This document shows, piece by piece, positions 46,601 through 60,159 of a stretch of DNA of 64,000 nt. Position 1 is the first letter of the stretch. Each line of letters opens with the position of its first letter. The stretch comes from Octopus sinensis (Eukaryota). The stretch spans positions 106,082,001 through 106,146,000 of the forward strand of contig NC_043003.1 of NCBI RefSeq assembly GCF_006345805.1, read 5' to 3'. The translations under genes and the position numbers were made by a program. The notes below the pieces were generated by a model. That model worked only from the letters and a program-made list of their open reading frames with translations. It made no database searches and had not been told where the DNA came from.

Positions 46601-47830
46601 ACCTAACCCTTCTATCTACCTAACCCTTCTATTGACCAACCCTTCTATCTTACCTAACACTTCTATCTTACCAACCTTCTTCTTACCTAACCTTCTTATT
46701 ACCTAACCCTTCTATTACCTAACCCTTCTATCTTACATAACCCTTCTATCTACATAACCCTTCTATCTTACAACCCTTCTATCTCAACCCTTCTTCACAC
46801 TAACCCTTCTATCTTACCCAACCCTTCATCTTACCTAACCCTCTATCTTACCAACCCTTCTATCTTAAACTAACCCTCTATTACCCACAAACCCTTCTAT
46901 CTTACCTACCCTTCTATCTTACCTAACCCTTCTATCTTACCTAACCCTTCTATCTTACATAACCCTTCTATCTACACTAAACCTTCTATCGTACCTAATC
47001 CTTCTATCTTACCTAACCTTATCTACCTAAAAAACCCTTATCTTACCTAACCCTTCTACTTACATAACCTTCTATCTTACCTAACCCTTCTATCTTACCT
47101 AACCCTTCTATCTTACCTAAACCTTCATCACCTAACCCTTCTATCTTACTAACCCTTCTATCTTACCTAACCCTTCTATCTTACATAACCCTTCTATCTT
47201 ACCCAACCCTTTTATCTTACCTAACCCTTCTATCTTACATAACCCTTCTATCTTACCCAACCCTCTATCTTACCTAACCCTTCTATCTTACCTAACCCTT
47301 CTATCTTACCTAACCCTTCTATCTTACATAACCCTTCTATCTTACCACACCCTTCTATCTTACCTAACCCTTCTATCTTACTAACCCTTCTATCTTACAT
47401 AACCCTTCTATCTACCTAACCCTTCTATCTTACCTAACCCTTCTATCTTACCTAACCCTTCTATCTTACCTAACCCTTCTATCTTACATAACCCTTCTAT
47501 CTTACCCAACCCTTCTATCTTACCTAACCCTTCTATCTTACCTAACCCTTCTATCTTACCTAACTCTTCTATCTTACCTAACCCTTCTATCTTACATAAC
47601 CCTTCTATCTTACCCAACCCTTCTATCTTACCTAACCCTTCTGTCTTACCTAACCCTTCTATCTTACCTAACCCTTCTATCTTACCTAACCCTTCTATCT
47701 TACATAACCCTTCTATCTTACCCAACCCTTCTATCTTACCTAACCATTCTATCTTACATAACCCTTCTATCTTACCCAACCCTTCTATCTTACCTAACCC
47801 TTCTATCTTACCTAACCCTTCTATCTTACA
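43664..47830. repeat. 18-bp satellite (CCCTTCTATCTTACCTAA)n, roughly 230 copies
   Basis: Direct reading; main variants TTACATAA and TTACCCAA. Confidence 0.98.
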
Positions 47831-49084
47831 GGACTAAGAGTCAAAAAATTACAGCCAGAAATTACAACCGGATCATTCATCTCATTTGGCAGTTCAATTC
47901 TATTTGCGATGGACTACAATATTGGTTTGCTTCTAACTGGATAAAAAGTCACATAATTTCAAGGCAAACTGAATGTTATAATATACGTCCTTTTCCAGCA
48001 AAAGACCCGCGACTTTGAAGAGGGAAATGTTTGTCGAGTAGATCGAACCTATGCTCAACTAATATTCATTTTATTGACTCCGAAAGGATGAAAGGTAAAT
48101 TGCATTCGGCAGAATTTATACCAGCACCTCAAGAGCCGAAAGAAATGCCGCTATGCTTTTAGTTTGGTGTGGTAACGATCCTGCCATCTCGCCGCCTTCG
48201 GACTCCTACTGACAGCCGAAACCTTTCACGGATACTGATCACCCGAAAAGATTTCTATTTTATCGCTCAGTTCAAAAGAAACGATATTGATTATGACCTT
48301 TTTCAGTTCTCCTGAGACGGTTCAGAGGGAACGATGAAGTTACCCTCACACCAGATACAAGGTCCGAATCCTCGCAGCCGAATGGACTCCGCTAACGGCA
48401 GACAAATGTCACATAGTAATGCTAATCAGGTGACAGCAGGATCGAGTGGGGAAGGATTTGAACTTGGAATGGGAAAAGCTTGAACAATTTCTGCTAAATA
48501 TCCCATCCAACGTTCAATCAATCCACAACGAGATCTGAACTCAGAATAAATACTACAAGGTATCTCACCTGACACTGAAACGGCTCTGCTATTTCGCCAT
48601 CCTCTACTTTAAATTAGATATAGCTTTGACTTGAATCATAAAAAGACAAGGATTACGAAGCAGAGGAATCGGTAGATCACCAAAGAAAACACTTTGTGCT
48701 ATTTGGATGGGTTCTTTTTACTTCTAAATTCAAATTCTACCTCGGTCAACTTTTCCCGGAATCAATAAAATAAATACTGATTAAATATACTAGTTGAACA
48801 CTAGTCAAATACTAGCGAAATGTTAATCAACTGCGTCTTCTTCGACAATGTATGATATTGCCCCAGTCTAAGTATTAATACAAGCCAAAGAAGAAGGGAG
48901 AATTTACGGGGTCGCCCGACCAACTAGAAACAGCAGTCAAATCTTCCTCAAATCGATTATGAGACGTTTTGGCTCAGCTGTTTTAGCGTCGGTGATTCAA
49001 CGCTGACTTATTTGACTTCAGCCATTTTAATCATTCTCTCATTTTTAACCTTTCTTTCATCCTAGTGTTTCTCTCGTTCTCTCA

Positions 49085-49128
<44 letters not shown>

Positions 49129-49474
49129 CTTGTTTATGTGTGTGTGTATGTAGCTATGTTGGTATGTATAGGAAATGTCTCTCTCTCTATCTCTTTCACT
49201 TACTCTCATTCTCTGTATGTGTATATTTTTGCAAGCACGTGCGAGGGTATGTTGACGTTTTCTTTCCTTCAAGTGCCGAAAAATACTGTCGCCAAAACAA
49301 ACTGAAGGTCCAGTTAGCCATGCTAAATCCTCAACACCCAAACAACCACGCCTAATCGTCTTAGTATTCTCAATTCCTCTTACTGCCATAAAAAATCAAA
49401 GATACATTGAACAATGTTGGGATCTCGTTAAAATTCTTCAAACCACTCCAAGTTTTCCTAATTTTCACCAGATT

Positions 49475-49886
49475 ATTACTCTTTTACTTGTTTCAGTCAT
49501 TTGACTGCGGCCATGCTGGAGCACCGCCTTTAGTCGAGCAACTCGACCCCGGGACTTATTCTTTGTAAGCCCAGTACTTATTCTATCGGTCTCTTTTTGC
49601 CGAACCACTAAGTGACGGGGACGTAAACACACCAGCATCGGTTGTCAAGCAATGCTAGGGGGGACAAACACAGACACACAAACACACACACACATACATA
49701 TACATATATATATACATATATACGACAGGCTTCTTTCAGTTTCCGTCTACCAAATCCACTCACAAGGCTTTGGTCGGCCCGAGGCTATAGTAGAAGATAC
49801 TTGCCCAAGGTGCCACGCAGTGGGACTGAACCCGGAACCATGTGGTTGGTAAGCAAGCTACTTACCACACAGCCACTCCTGCGCCT
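49475..49886 (-). mobile_element. SINE family B
   Basis: Near-identical to 931-1325. Confidence 0.85.
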
Positions 49887-51073
49887 TATTATTTTTTTTG
49901 TTTTCAAAAATGCAGTTCTGCTGTAGTTTTGCAAGCTAATAATGAAAATCGCATTCATATTTTTGTCTAGAAATCGAGAATAAAGAAACATTTAAAATCA
50001 CGTGACTTTAGCAAATCGAAAGCTTTTATTGCTTATATAACACGTGAGCAGATCTCCGTTGCTATGGAGACAAAATCTTTACGGGATCGCTCGACTTTTT
50101 AAAATAGCAGCCAAATCTCCCTTAAATTTACCATAACGTCTTTCCATTTGTCGATTGTAATTAATAACAGTTAAAGTGAGTCTCCACGGATGTAACCATT
50201 TATCGAACTCATGGCAACCAATTCTTTTTTTTGCCTTCGCACTTTATTTACAATTTTTCATAAGAAAAGAAAATGTACATTAGATATTGATCGGTGTCGC
50301 CCAGTTAATGTTTCGATTGTCTTGAGTTCGATAAAAGATCCCATCCATGGCGATTGGCTTTAATTTAAATGTTATTAATAACACTCAACAAATGCAAAGT
50401 GCTTAGGCCTACGTGGTACGATGTTTCGTGTTTTTGTTGTTTTGTCTTTTTTGTTAGACGATATGGTGTAGTTTATGAAAGATTTAGTGGCTATTTCTCG
50501 TAGGTCGAGAGATCACGTAAATCAGCACACACGATATGTCAGCAATGGAAGCTTTCGATTGACTAAAATTACAGAACTTTATATGCTTGTGGAAATTGTT
50601 ATAAAAAGATGATCGTGATCGGGTGCGTGCATGGCTGTGTGGTCGATGAAGTTGGCTTTGCAACCACCTGGTTTCGCGATCAGTCCTACTGCGCAGCACT
50701 TAGGACGAGTATCTTCTACTATAGCCCCGATCAACCAATGCCGTGTGAGTCAATCTCGTAGACGGAAACAATGTGAAAGCCCGTCATACGTATGCATTTA
50801 TGTGATTATTCAGTTTTATTTCAAGATGTCTTGCCAATAGAGAAAGAACCGGTTTCTAACCTAGATCCAAGGCTTCTTCTCTGGAATTTCAACATCAACA
50901 ACAGGGTATTTTTGCTTCTATGTATGTATGTATGAATGAATGTACAGATTGTATGTTTTAGTATGTACGTATGTATGTATGTATGTATGTATGTATGTAT
51001 GTATGTATGCATGTATGTATGTATGTTTTATGTATGTACTCCCATGCATATAGTTACATATCTAGACAAGGTC

Positions 51074-51121
<48 letters not shown>

Positions 51122-51181
51122 ATATATGTATATTATATATATATATATATGTATATATTATATATATATATATGTATTATA

Positions 51182-51231
<50 letters not shown>

Positions 51232-51244
51232 TATATTTAAACGC

Positions 51245-51490
51245 TAAACTCTGGAAAGTTTCACATATTTTTTAAAATTCCAGTGATGGATTAGATCTGT
51301 AGTCTTCGAATTAGCTTTCTCCTTTCTGGTTTTGAGAAGCTTAATTTCTCAAGATTGGTATTTAGGTAGTGTGTTACATATCCCAGGGCCTCAATAATTA
51401 CAGGTATAAACCTGAACTTGTTATCTTGATAGAATGACTGCAGATTTCTCAATAGTTCAGCGTAGGTGTTCTCTCTTTCACTGATCTTCG
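51245..51490 (-). mobile_element. 3' fragment of an RLE-type non-LTR element
   Basis: KISERENTYAELLRNLQ...RFIPVIIEALGYV...RRLQI. Confidence 0.6.
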
Positions 51491-52743
51491 TGTGTATGTA
51501 TGTATGTATGTATGTATGTGTGTTTATCCTGCCCCGCCCACCGTTTGAAAACCGGTTTGTTTACAACCTTGTGACATTGTTATACGGCATAAGAGACGGA
51601 TAGAATGGGTACCAAACTTTAAAAATAAGTCATGGTTCGATCTGTTCGATTAAACTCTTCATGATGGTGCTCCAGCATAGCCGCAGCCAAAGTAAAATCA
51701 CGGTATCGACCAGACTATCCAGCATCGCTTAATCACGATGCGCTTTGCACTGTTTTAATTTTTGAATGATGTCACCCAGCTGCCTAGGTGAGCAGGCTAA
51801 ACATTCCTCCTGATTGGAAGGCTAATCCGTCGCAGGGTTGCCCACATTTACAGCTGAGTGGACTGCACCAACGTGAAATGAAGTATTTTCCTCAGGAACA
51901 CAAAACGCAGCCGGTCTGAGAATTGAAACCGCAATCTCTCGATCGTGAGTACAACACTTCTAACCATCGGGCCGTGCGCCTTAAGAAAAGATGAAAATAT
52001 TTATAGCTAGTTAATGATCAACTTGATGGACATCATTATAATCACATGGTTAAGATCGAACGTGGTTCACGTAAAAAGAGGACAACACAATTACTGACAC
52101 TTTTGTTGCTTCTTATTTTTCCCTAGTTCCTCGAGCTTTGCATTAGCATTTGTGAGTTACGATTTTATATGATACTGGGTACGTTTGCTTTGAGATATTT
52201 TAATTGAACTTTCTTCTTCTTCTGTGTCTTTGCGTCTAATATACTCTTGCAATCACATGATTTCAAATTTGAATTTCCTATTATAAATTTGCAAAACATC
52301 GCGGTGCCCAGTCAAAAACCACTAAGATTGTCTGGTTTTTTTTAGGCACAGAACCAGATCCATCATATTGTCGTTCTATTTTCTGAGCTTGATGGTTTTC
52401 ATTGGAGGTTAACTCATATTGTTTTAGTCAGTAATAGCCACAGGCACCATCAGACCAAAATATAACTACTAACAACATCCGTAATGCAAAACAAATGAAT
52501 ATCATCGTCTGTGGATATTATTGATATATATGTTGAAGGTAATGTTATTTCTTTTGTGGAAACAACTTCGGTGGCTATACCAGAATAAGGAGCTATTTCT
52601 AGCACTAGAGTTAACCACTTAACGGTAACTCTCTTATATTTACGTATAAATTTGTATTGTCTCCCTGGTTTTTATGTGCTAGGCCACTTGGTGTTAAACT
52701 GATGGTATTATTAAATTAATATCTAATTTTTCACCCTCATTTA

Positions 52744-52788
<45 letters not shown>

Positions 52789-52802
52789 TATATTATATAT
52801 AT

Positions 52803-52839
<37 letters not shown>

Positions 52840-53371
52840 AGAGAGAAGGATAAGAAGCAATGAGTTTATTGTAATATAAAGAGTGAAACTAAGACACAAG
52901 TGAAAGAAGCGACACTGCACAATAAGGTTGTGTAAGTACGGATAGTGTATGGGCATGGGTTAGGATAAAGAGGCTATAAATACAAACAAGGAATGAAGTA
53001 GTGTAAGTGGGGTAATAAATAAGTTGTATATAGCCTTGGTTTAAGGTAAGGAAGATACAGATTGAAACGAAGAGGTGGGAGTTGAGAAGCAGCGATGATT
53101 ATAGCTTCTTATTAGGGAAGAGAGAAAGAGGTAGAAAAGTGAATAAAAGGATTGCAGTCTATGAGAGAAACACGAGCTCAATACTCAGAGTATGCGCCAC
53201 CCAGGACAAGGCTTGCAGGCGCGCTCACCCCCGTTCGGCTCCCAAGCTTATACAGGTTTACACAACAGATCCAAAAGTGCCACTCCATAAGAGTGTCGCT
53301 CGGGGTGAACCGTTCCCCTCGTTCGTTTTTTGTTCAACATTCTGACATTTTAGCATTCTGTTTAAATTTTG

Positions 53372-54158
53372 ATAGTTATCGCCAAGCTAACATGGTAATC
53401 CAGAAAAATAGGACGAATGCTGCCGTAGATTAGCTCCAAGAGGCCATCGCCTCTAGCTAGCTATGTGACACACGAACCTGTGTCCATTATAACCTTCGAA
53501 CAGGGGAGGTCAGCCGCTTCCCCTTGCTGGTCTGGTATCTGCAGACTAGTTTCAGGGTATTTGCGGTGAGTTGGTTAAGGCGGTGAGCTAGCAGAATTGC
53601 TCGCACGCCGGACGAAATGCCTAGCGGTATTTCATCTGCCGTTACGTTCTGGTTCAAATTCCACCGAGGTCGACTTTGCCTTTCAACCTTTCGGGGTCGA
53701 TTAAATAAGTACCAGTTACGCACTGGGGTCGATGTAATCGACTTAATCCGTTTGTTTGTCCTTTTTTGTCCCCTCTGTGTTTAGCCCCCTGTGGGTAGTA
53801 AAGAAATAGGTATTTGCCCCTTATCAATGTAGAGTAGCCGAACCCAGCAGGCGTCGCTACTGACCGTCTGTTCGAAGGACTATTTACCTAAAATTCAGTG
53901 AAAAACATCCACTGGTCTTCAAAAATAGAAATATTAATATTTCTAACCCTCTACATTGATAAGGGGCAAATACCTCGAAACTAGTCTGTAGATGCCAGGC
54001 CAGCATGGAGAAGTGGCTGACCTCCCCTGTTCGAAGGTTATAATGAACACAGGTTCGTGTGTCACATAGCTAGCTAGAGGCGAGGGCCTCTTGAAGCTAA
54101 TCTACGACAGCATTCATCCTATTTTCCTGGACTGCTATGTTAGCTTGGCGATAACTAT
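53372..54158. mobile_element. Foldback element with ~210-bp inverted arms; left arm interrupted by a SINE
   Basis: 53372-53564 plus 53809-53834 is the reverse complement of 53949-54158 at roughly 90% identity. Confidence 0.8.
53565..53808 (+). mobile_element. SINE family A with 9-bp TSD GGTATTTGC
   Basis: TSD at 53556-53564 and 53809-53817. Confidence 0.85.
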
Positions 54159-54252
54159 TAATATCCTGTACCGCTGCCGTAGTCTCCTTTAGAGAGACTT
54201 AGAAATATTAACATTTCTATGTTTAAATTTTAGTTTTATTTACTATTACTGT

Positions 54253-54690
54253 TGAGCGAGAGAGCAGCGCGTGCCAACAAAGTGACGCTGCGGCACAAAT
54301 ATACGAAGCCCAATATATCCATCGTGACTACCTGTCTAATAAAGGCGCCTACATCACAACCTATGTAAGCGATAGGGTGACCTCATGTTAAAATAAATAA
54401 CGCATGTAGGACACTGAATTTTCTTCAGGTCGGGTAGCCCATCTCACTCAATAAGTCCCTGAATAAGGGTTACTTAAGGATGAAGAATGAAATACCCATG
54501 TTTCTAGGTGTGAATTATTCAAACCTCAAACAATCCCTCTCATCACATGACTATGATGCACCCCCATTACTCCTGCTCGTGATCAAGGATGCACATATCC
54601 ATGAAGGGACATGCTCAACTGGTTATGGTTTAATAAACTGACAAGCAAATCTGTGTTAGTGAGCAGAATATTTGCTGTAGCCCATCTTCG
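54253..54690. repeat. Family X, diverged copy
   Basis: Homology to 13503-13963. Confidence 0.75.
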
Positions 54691-54760
54691 ACACCATGTT
54701 GACGATTCAATCAGTTAAGATCCGAAGCCATGTGAGCCACTGCTTGGTATTGCATCAGGG

Positions 54761-55704
54761 ACGAGCTGGCAGAAACGTTAGCACGCCGGGCGAAATGCTT
54801 AGCGGTACGTTGTGATACGTTGTGAGTTCAAATTCCGCCGAGGTCGACTTTGCCTTTCATCCTTTCGGGGCCGATAAATTAAGTACCAGTGGCACTGTCA
54901 TGCCTTTGGTTGTCAGAAGTGAAAGTAGTCAACTTCGTGTATTTCCGTCAGGTTTATACCTTCGTTAATTTACGCCGTTTATTTACGTACCACCACGCTG
55001 TTAGGTTTATAAAACAATTGAAGTTCAGTTTAAAGTTTATAAATAAATACATTTCATTCCATGTTCTGTTTAAACTTTATAAATAAATATATTCTTGCAT
55101 TATTCATTATTGTTTTTAAAAAAGAAATCACACCAAATCTGCACAAATGACCACCACCACCGCGATCACATACACCAATCATACACACGTGGTGTGTGTG
55201 TATATGTGGCTATATGTCTGACTAATGTGTGTGTGTCTGTATTTATTGTATGTGTGTATAAGTAGTTATATGCTTATATTATCCATTATAGTAATATTTT
55301 TCTGTTGAAATCCGTTTTAAGGCGGTCAATAGTTTAATTAAAGATGTGTCTATACATGTATATATATATATACATGTGTATACATATACATGTGTATACA
55401 TATATATATATATATATACATGTGTATATATACATGTGTATACATATATATATATACACATGTGTATACATTACACATGAAATGTATTTATTTATAAACT
55501 TTAAACTGAACTTCAATTGTTTTATAAACCTAACAGCGTGGTGGTACGTAAATAAACGGCGTAAATTAACGAAGGTAATAAACCTGACGGAAATACACGA
55601 AGTTGACTACTTTCACTTCTGACAACCAAAGGCATGACTAAATACCTATGTCTGTCCTTGTTTGTCCCCTCTGTGTTTAGCCCCTTGTGGGTAATAAAGA
55701 AATA
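54761..55704 (+). mobile_element. SINE family A with 15-bp TSD GGTATTGCATCAGGG, split by an inverted-repeat element
   Basis: TSD at 54746-54760 and 55705-55719; 5' half 54761-54896, 3' half 55639-55704. Confidence 0.85.
54897..55638. mobile_element. Young inverted-repeat element (~160-bp near-identical arms, microsatellite-rich core)
   Basis: GTCATGCCTTTGGTTGTCAGAAGTG... / ...CACTTCTGACAACCAAAGGCATGAC; arms 54897-55057 and 55477-55638. Confidence 0.8.
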
Positions 55705-56210
55705 GGTATTGCATCAGGGTGTTTGTATTTTTTTCTATTTTTTCCCCAGTTATAAAAAAAAATTTTCCCTCCATCCATCTCCGCCACCCCGGGTAAAGAA
55801 TTTTTGCACCCATTAGGGGTATCTAGTTAAGAACTGCAGACCGAGAAACACTGCCCTGAATATACAAAAACAGAATGGTCACAACTGCGATATCTTTATT
55901 CATTGGTTTACCGGATCGGGACTGACCTGGTGTTAAACAAAAACAATGCCCAACATTAATTGCGTTTCGTTTATGTTAAAGTCGGAGGCTAACATAAAAA
56001 ATATTTACCGATACAAATCTCTAAATTATTCAACTTCTATATTTCATCCAACTGTTAGTTCATTGTACGGATTATAATGTTAGCTGGCAACGTTTTAAAT
56101 AACCTTCCGCTTATCAGCGTCCATTTTTACAATTGTTGACTAACGTTGTCATAACAACTATAACATAAGCGCAGACATAATACGTATGCACACGCGCACA
56201 CACACACTCA

Positions 56211-56272
<62 letters not shown>

Positions 56273-56947
56273 TTATGCTCGCATACACACGCATATGCAT
56301 GATACATATACTTAAGTACACACCAACCGGAAGTTGCCAAAACGACGAATCACTGATAAACCGTATGTAAAATATAAATAATACATAATACAATATGTAT
56401 ATATGTATGTATGTTGTGTATGTGTATGAATATATATGTATGTATGTGTTGTGTATGAAAATATATATATATATATATAATTCATTATCTCTCGCCTATT
56501 GGTGTTCGTTAACGGGCGCTGATAACAAATTGGAAACTAGATAAATTACATTCACGCACACAAACACGGGACCACCAAATGCGTACGAATAAATAACAAA
56601 GCATTGGTTCTCCACTAGCAACAACCACAACTGTAAGCACCCACCACCGCTACCGCCATCCCTGCCGTCACCACGATCGCCCCCATCTTGCCCGCTATCA
56701 CCTTCATCATAATCATCACTACCATCGCCATCTACCATCGTTACTAACACGCTCTAGTTGACTACGGCCGCCATCACCGCTATCTCTGGAAATTTTTATC
56801 TCTTATTTCGTTTACATAACAGGTGTGGCTTTACGAGCAATGTGATGTTGTGATATTCATCTCTTTTGCGAAATAAATTTATCAGTGAGACAATGTTCTC
56901 TCATAAACTAAAAACGTCCTACATTTAATTCCAAACACGTTATATAA

Positions 56948-57017
<70 letters not shown>

Positions 57018-57084
57018 CCGCTTGCTCTCTCTCTCACCCCCTCTACCTCTCCCCATATATATGTACAGATGTGTGTGTATATAT

Positions 57085-57119
<35 letters not shown>

Positions 57120-57122
57120 TTA

Positions 57123-57688
57123 TTGGGTTGTCCGGAAAGTTCGTGCCGATTTTTAAAGGAAAGAAAAAGGTCAATAAATATTTGCCATTACATTTTTAAT
57201 CAACCAAATATGAACCATTTTGTTGCACAATGCGTCTCCATCTTTCCTTTAACTTGAAAATACCCTCTTTTCAGAATTGAGGTGGTTTAATGGCAAAGAA
57301 TTCATCAAGGTATCTTTTTACGTCATCCAAGGAATTGAAATGTTTACCATTAAGACTATTCTGCAGAGAGCTGAATAAGTGGAAATCCGAAGGAGCAATA
57401 TCTGGTGAATATGGAGGGTGGGGTAACACATCCAAGCCGAGCTGCAGCAATTTTTGTCTGGTTCCCAAAGCATCAAGTGCCGAAAATGAACTTTCTTATC
57501 CTCCATTTTAAAGGGTTACAGAATTAACACAGGTTATAGGAACATGAACCTTCTTCCGCGAAAAGATAGCTTAAACTGTGCTCTAAATGGAGGTGTAGTC
57601 AAATCCTATTCTATGGACTCAACTATGTTCTAAAATAAGTCGAAAGGTAAACTACTATATTTCGGCTCAAACTTTCCGTACAACCCAA
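57123..57688 (-). mobile_element. Internally deleted mariner DNA transposon
   Basis: TIRs TTGGGTTGTCCGGAAAGTT / AACTTTCCGTACAACCCAA; TA on the left flank; transposase C-terminus LPHPPYSPDIAPSDFHLF. Confidence 0.9.
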
Positions 57689-57689
57689 G

Positions 57690-57744
<55 letters not shown>

Positions 57745-57750
57745 CACACA

Positions 57751-58063
57751 GCAAATAAGAAAATAGAGAGGATACAACAACAACATACATCAGCCGGTAG
57801 ACCTTCTAGTATGTCTAATTATTCCAAAGTATTAGAAAGTATTAGAAGAATACATACGCGTATAATAACATGTACTAATATTGCAGAAAAGAGCAGATTG
57901 TCTTTTGCTCTTTTCTGTAATATTAGTATATGTGTGTGTCACACATAGTTATTACATGTGTATGTATTCTTATACCTTCTTATACTTTGGAATAAATAGG
58001 CGTACTAGAAGGTCTACCGGCTGGTGTATGTCGTTTTTGCATCCTCTCCATTTTCTTATTTGC
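57751..58063. repeat. ~310-bp imperfect palindrome (foldback/MITE-like)
   Basis: GCAAATAAGAAAAT...CCGGTAGACCTTCTAGT... is mirrored around ~57900. Confidence 0.85.
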
Positions 58064-58674
58064 CATATAAATTAAGGGTAAACCACTTTTTACCCCCCGC
58101 CCATATATAACACTCAATTGCGAGATTGCCACGCAATAACCAGCACTTGGATATGAATAACTGGGCACACTACCAACAGTATATTGGATAGCTACTATCC
58201 CTTGGTTGGTTTCCCCAACCGCTAACTCACACAGAAATTATATATATATAATTCTTCACCCATTCCCTTCCGGTCATTTCAATATGTGACCGCGTGTGTA
58301 TCGTTGGCGATTTTCTTTCTCCGTCTTCCCTTCTTTGAACTTTTTCTATATTTCTGAAGAACTCGAAACGTGAAATCCTCTTTCTCTTCTTTCCTTTCCT
58401 GAGCGTCCAATAACACTATTTATTCCATGTCCTCGCGTTGTTGTTGTTTTTTTCTTGGCTATATATATTGTGAAATAGAAAGATGAATAATCTTGTTGCA
58501 GATTAATCAAAAGTTTAACCGATACCTTGGTAGCAAAAATCACAGCAGAAGACAGCACGGTTGGAGGTACAACCATATGGTGTTGCAACCGTGCGTTGGT
58601 GCGGATAATTGAATTTTAATATTATTAGTGAATTGAAGAAATGGAGTTGAACGAAGATTGAACAGAAATCGTTT

Positions 58675-58767
58675 TATTGCATTCTACACGTGTTTCGAAA
58701 GGCACAATTTACCAAATTCCGAATGAATAATGAGACCATATTGTGTCTTTCTCTTCAGGAAGAAATA
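58675..58767 (-). ncRNA. Type I hammerhead ribozyme (sense to the EN ORF)
   Basis: Exact reverse complement of 60160-60252. Confidence 0.8.
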
Positions 58768-59524
58768 GGAAATCCGTTGGAATAAACAAAAACAGAACAG
58801 AGGCGGAGCAAAACAAATCGAACGAGGCTCCTAAGAGCCCATGGCCAAACTGTTTATCAATGTATGTTGATAACTGGTGGTGGGTGCGTTGAGGATTTTA
58901 ACGGGTCAGGCAGCGGTCATTCCGGTGGGTGAGGGCACGGAGTGCGTAGATGTTCTTTGTGACCGAGACTAAAGTTCTGACTATTTAAAGAATATTAGGT
59001 GTATTATATGGGGCGGGACAAAATCTACTTAGAGACATGTGTGTGTGTACTGTTCTATATATGTGTGCGGCCGCAAGTTGGTAAGAAGCGCTACATTCTG
59101 GTCACTGCTGAGAAATCCGTCAAGGGGTAGAAAATATTTTATGTGTACGTGTGTGCGTTTGATCGCGCGGCCGTCAGTTGGTAAACAGCTCTACACAATG
59201 GTCACTGCTGTAAAATCCGTCGGGCGGCAGAAAAATATTTTATGTGTGCGTGTGTTCGTCTAATCATGCCTTGTCAAAGAAACCCCCCGTCGTCAAAAAC
59301 AAAAACAAAAACAAAAACAAAACCCCATTCATCTCCCAGGAGTAATTCCCCTTGCAATGGTTAATCATATTTCTATTAAAAGCTTTTTTAGAATTTATTA
59401 CCAAGGGCTATTTTCATATAAGTAGTGTAACCGGGTGCAGGTATTATTTATAAGCGTTATTTATAAGCAAGATAAGTATAACGCCGCCAATGGGGGCATC
59501 GAAAAGCCGACTGTAAAAGTCCGT

Positions 59525-59850
59525 TTACCATCCGGCTCTGGCGAACAATATATGGAAGAGTTCGGAGACACAAAGGTTGCACTTCCTTCTGCCCCTGTCA
59601 AATGGGAGGGCCGCCGACAAAATTGACCATTCCAGCCTGTAGCTTGAGTTCGTATTCTTCAATCGCCATATTAGCTTGCTAAGTCCCGTGGTCTGGCGTT
59701 TATTCACGTCTCGAAAAGTTGCGTAATGGTTGGAGATTCTTAAGGCTAATCTTGACGATGAGGCCCCTACATAAGCGTAGACATCTGAGTCCGTGTAAAC
59801 CTTGCATTGGTAGACGGCGTTTCTGATCTTGGAGTTCACCGACGTGAACC
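59525..59850 (-). CDS. Penelope-type GIY-YIG endonuclease domain (C-terminal part of the 219-aa ORF 59525..60184)
   Basis: AVYQCKV...YVGASS-x-RLALRISNH...TGLSKLIW-x-LK...LEWSIL...KCNLCVSE. Confidence 0.8.
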
Positions 59851-60159
59851 TTATTCTGTTAGGATTAGTTTCTGAAATTAGAACTGCGTTACTGTCACTA
59901 TATTTGTTGCGAGAACTGCCGCCGCTTACTACTTTATTTTCCACTACGTCACTATTAACTAACGGAATAACCCCTGATTCTCCACTATCAATCAGAGTGC
60001 TGTCATTGCTAGTGCCCGTGGTGCTGCTATTGCCGGAAACGATGCTGGAGTTGCTATTGGGACTCTCTACCCTAACGAGCTGAGCTGCGCTCTTAGGAGC
60101 CTCGTTCGATTTGTTTTGCTCCGCCTCTGTTCTGTTTTTGTTTATTCCAACGGATTTCC

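Noticed and set aside
43664-47830. True interstitial telomere
   Set aside because: The unit is 18 bp with only a 9-nt telomeric match; there is no (TTAGGG)n run
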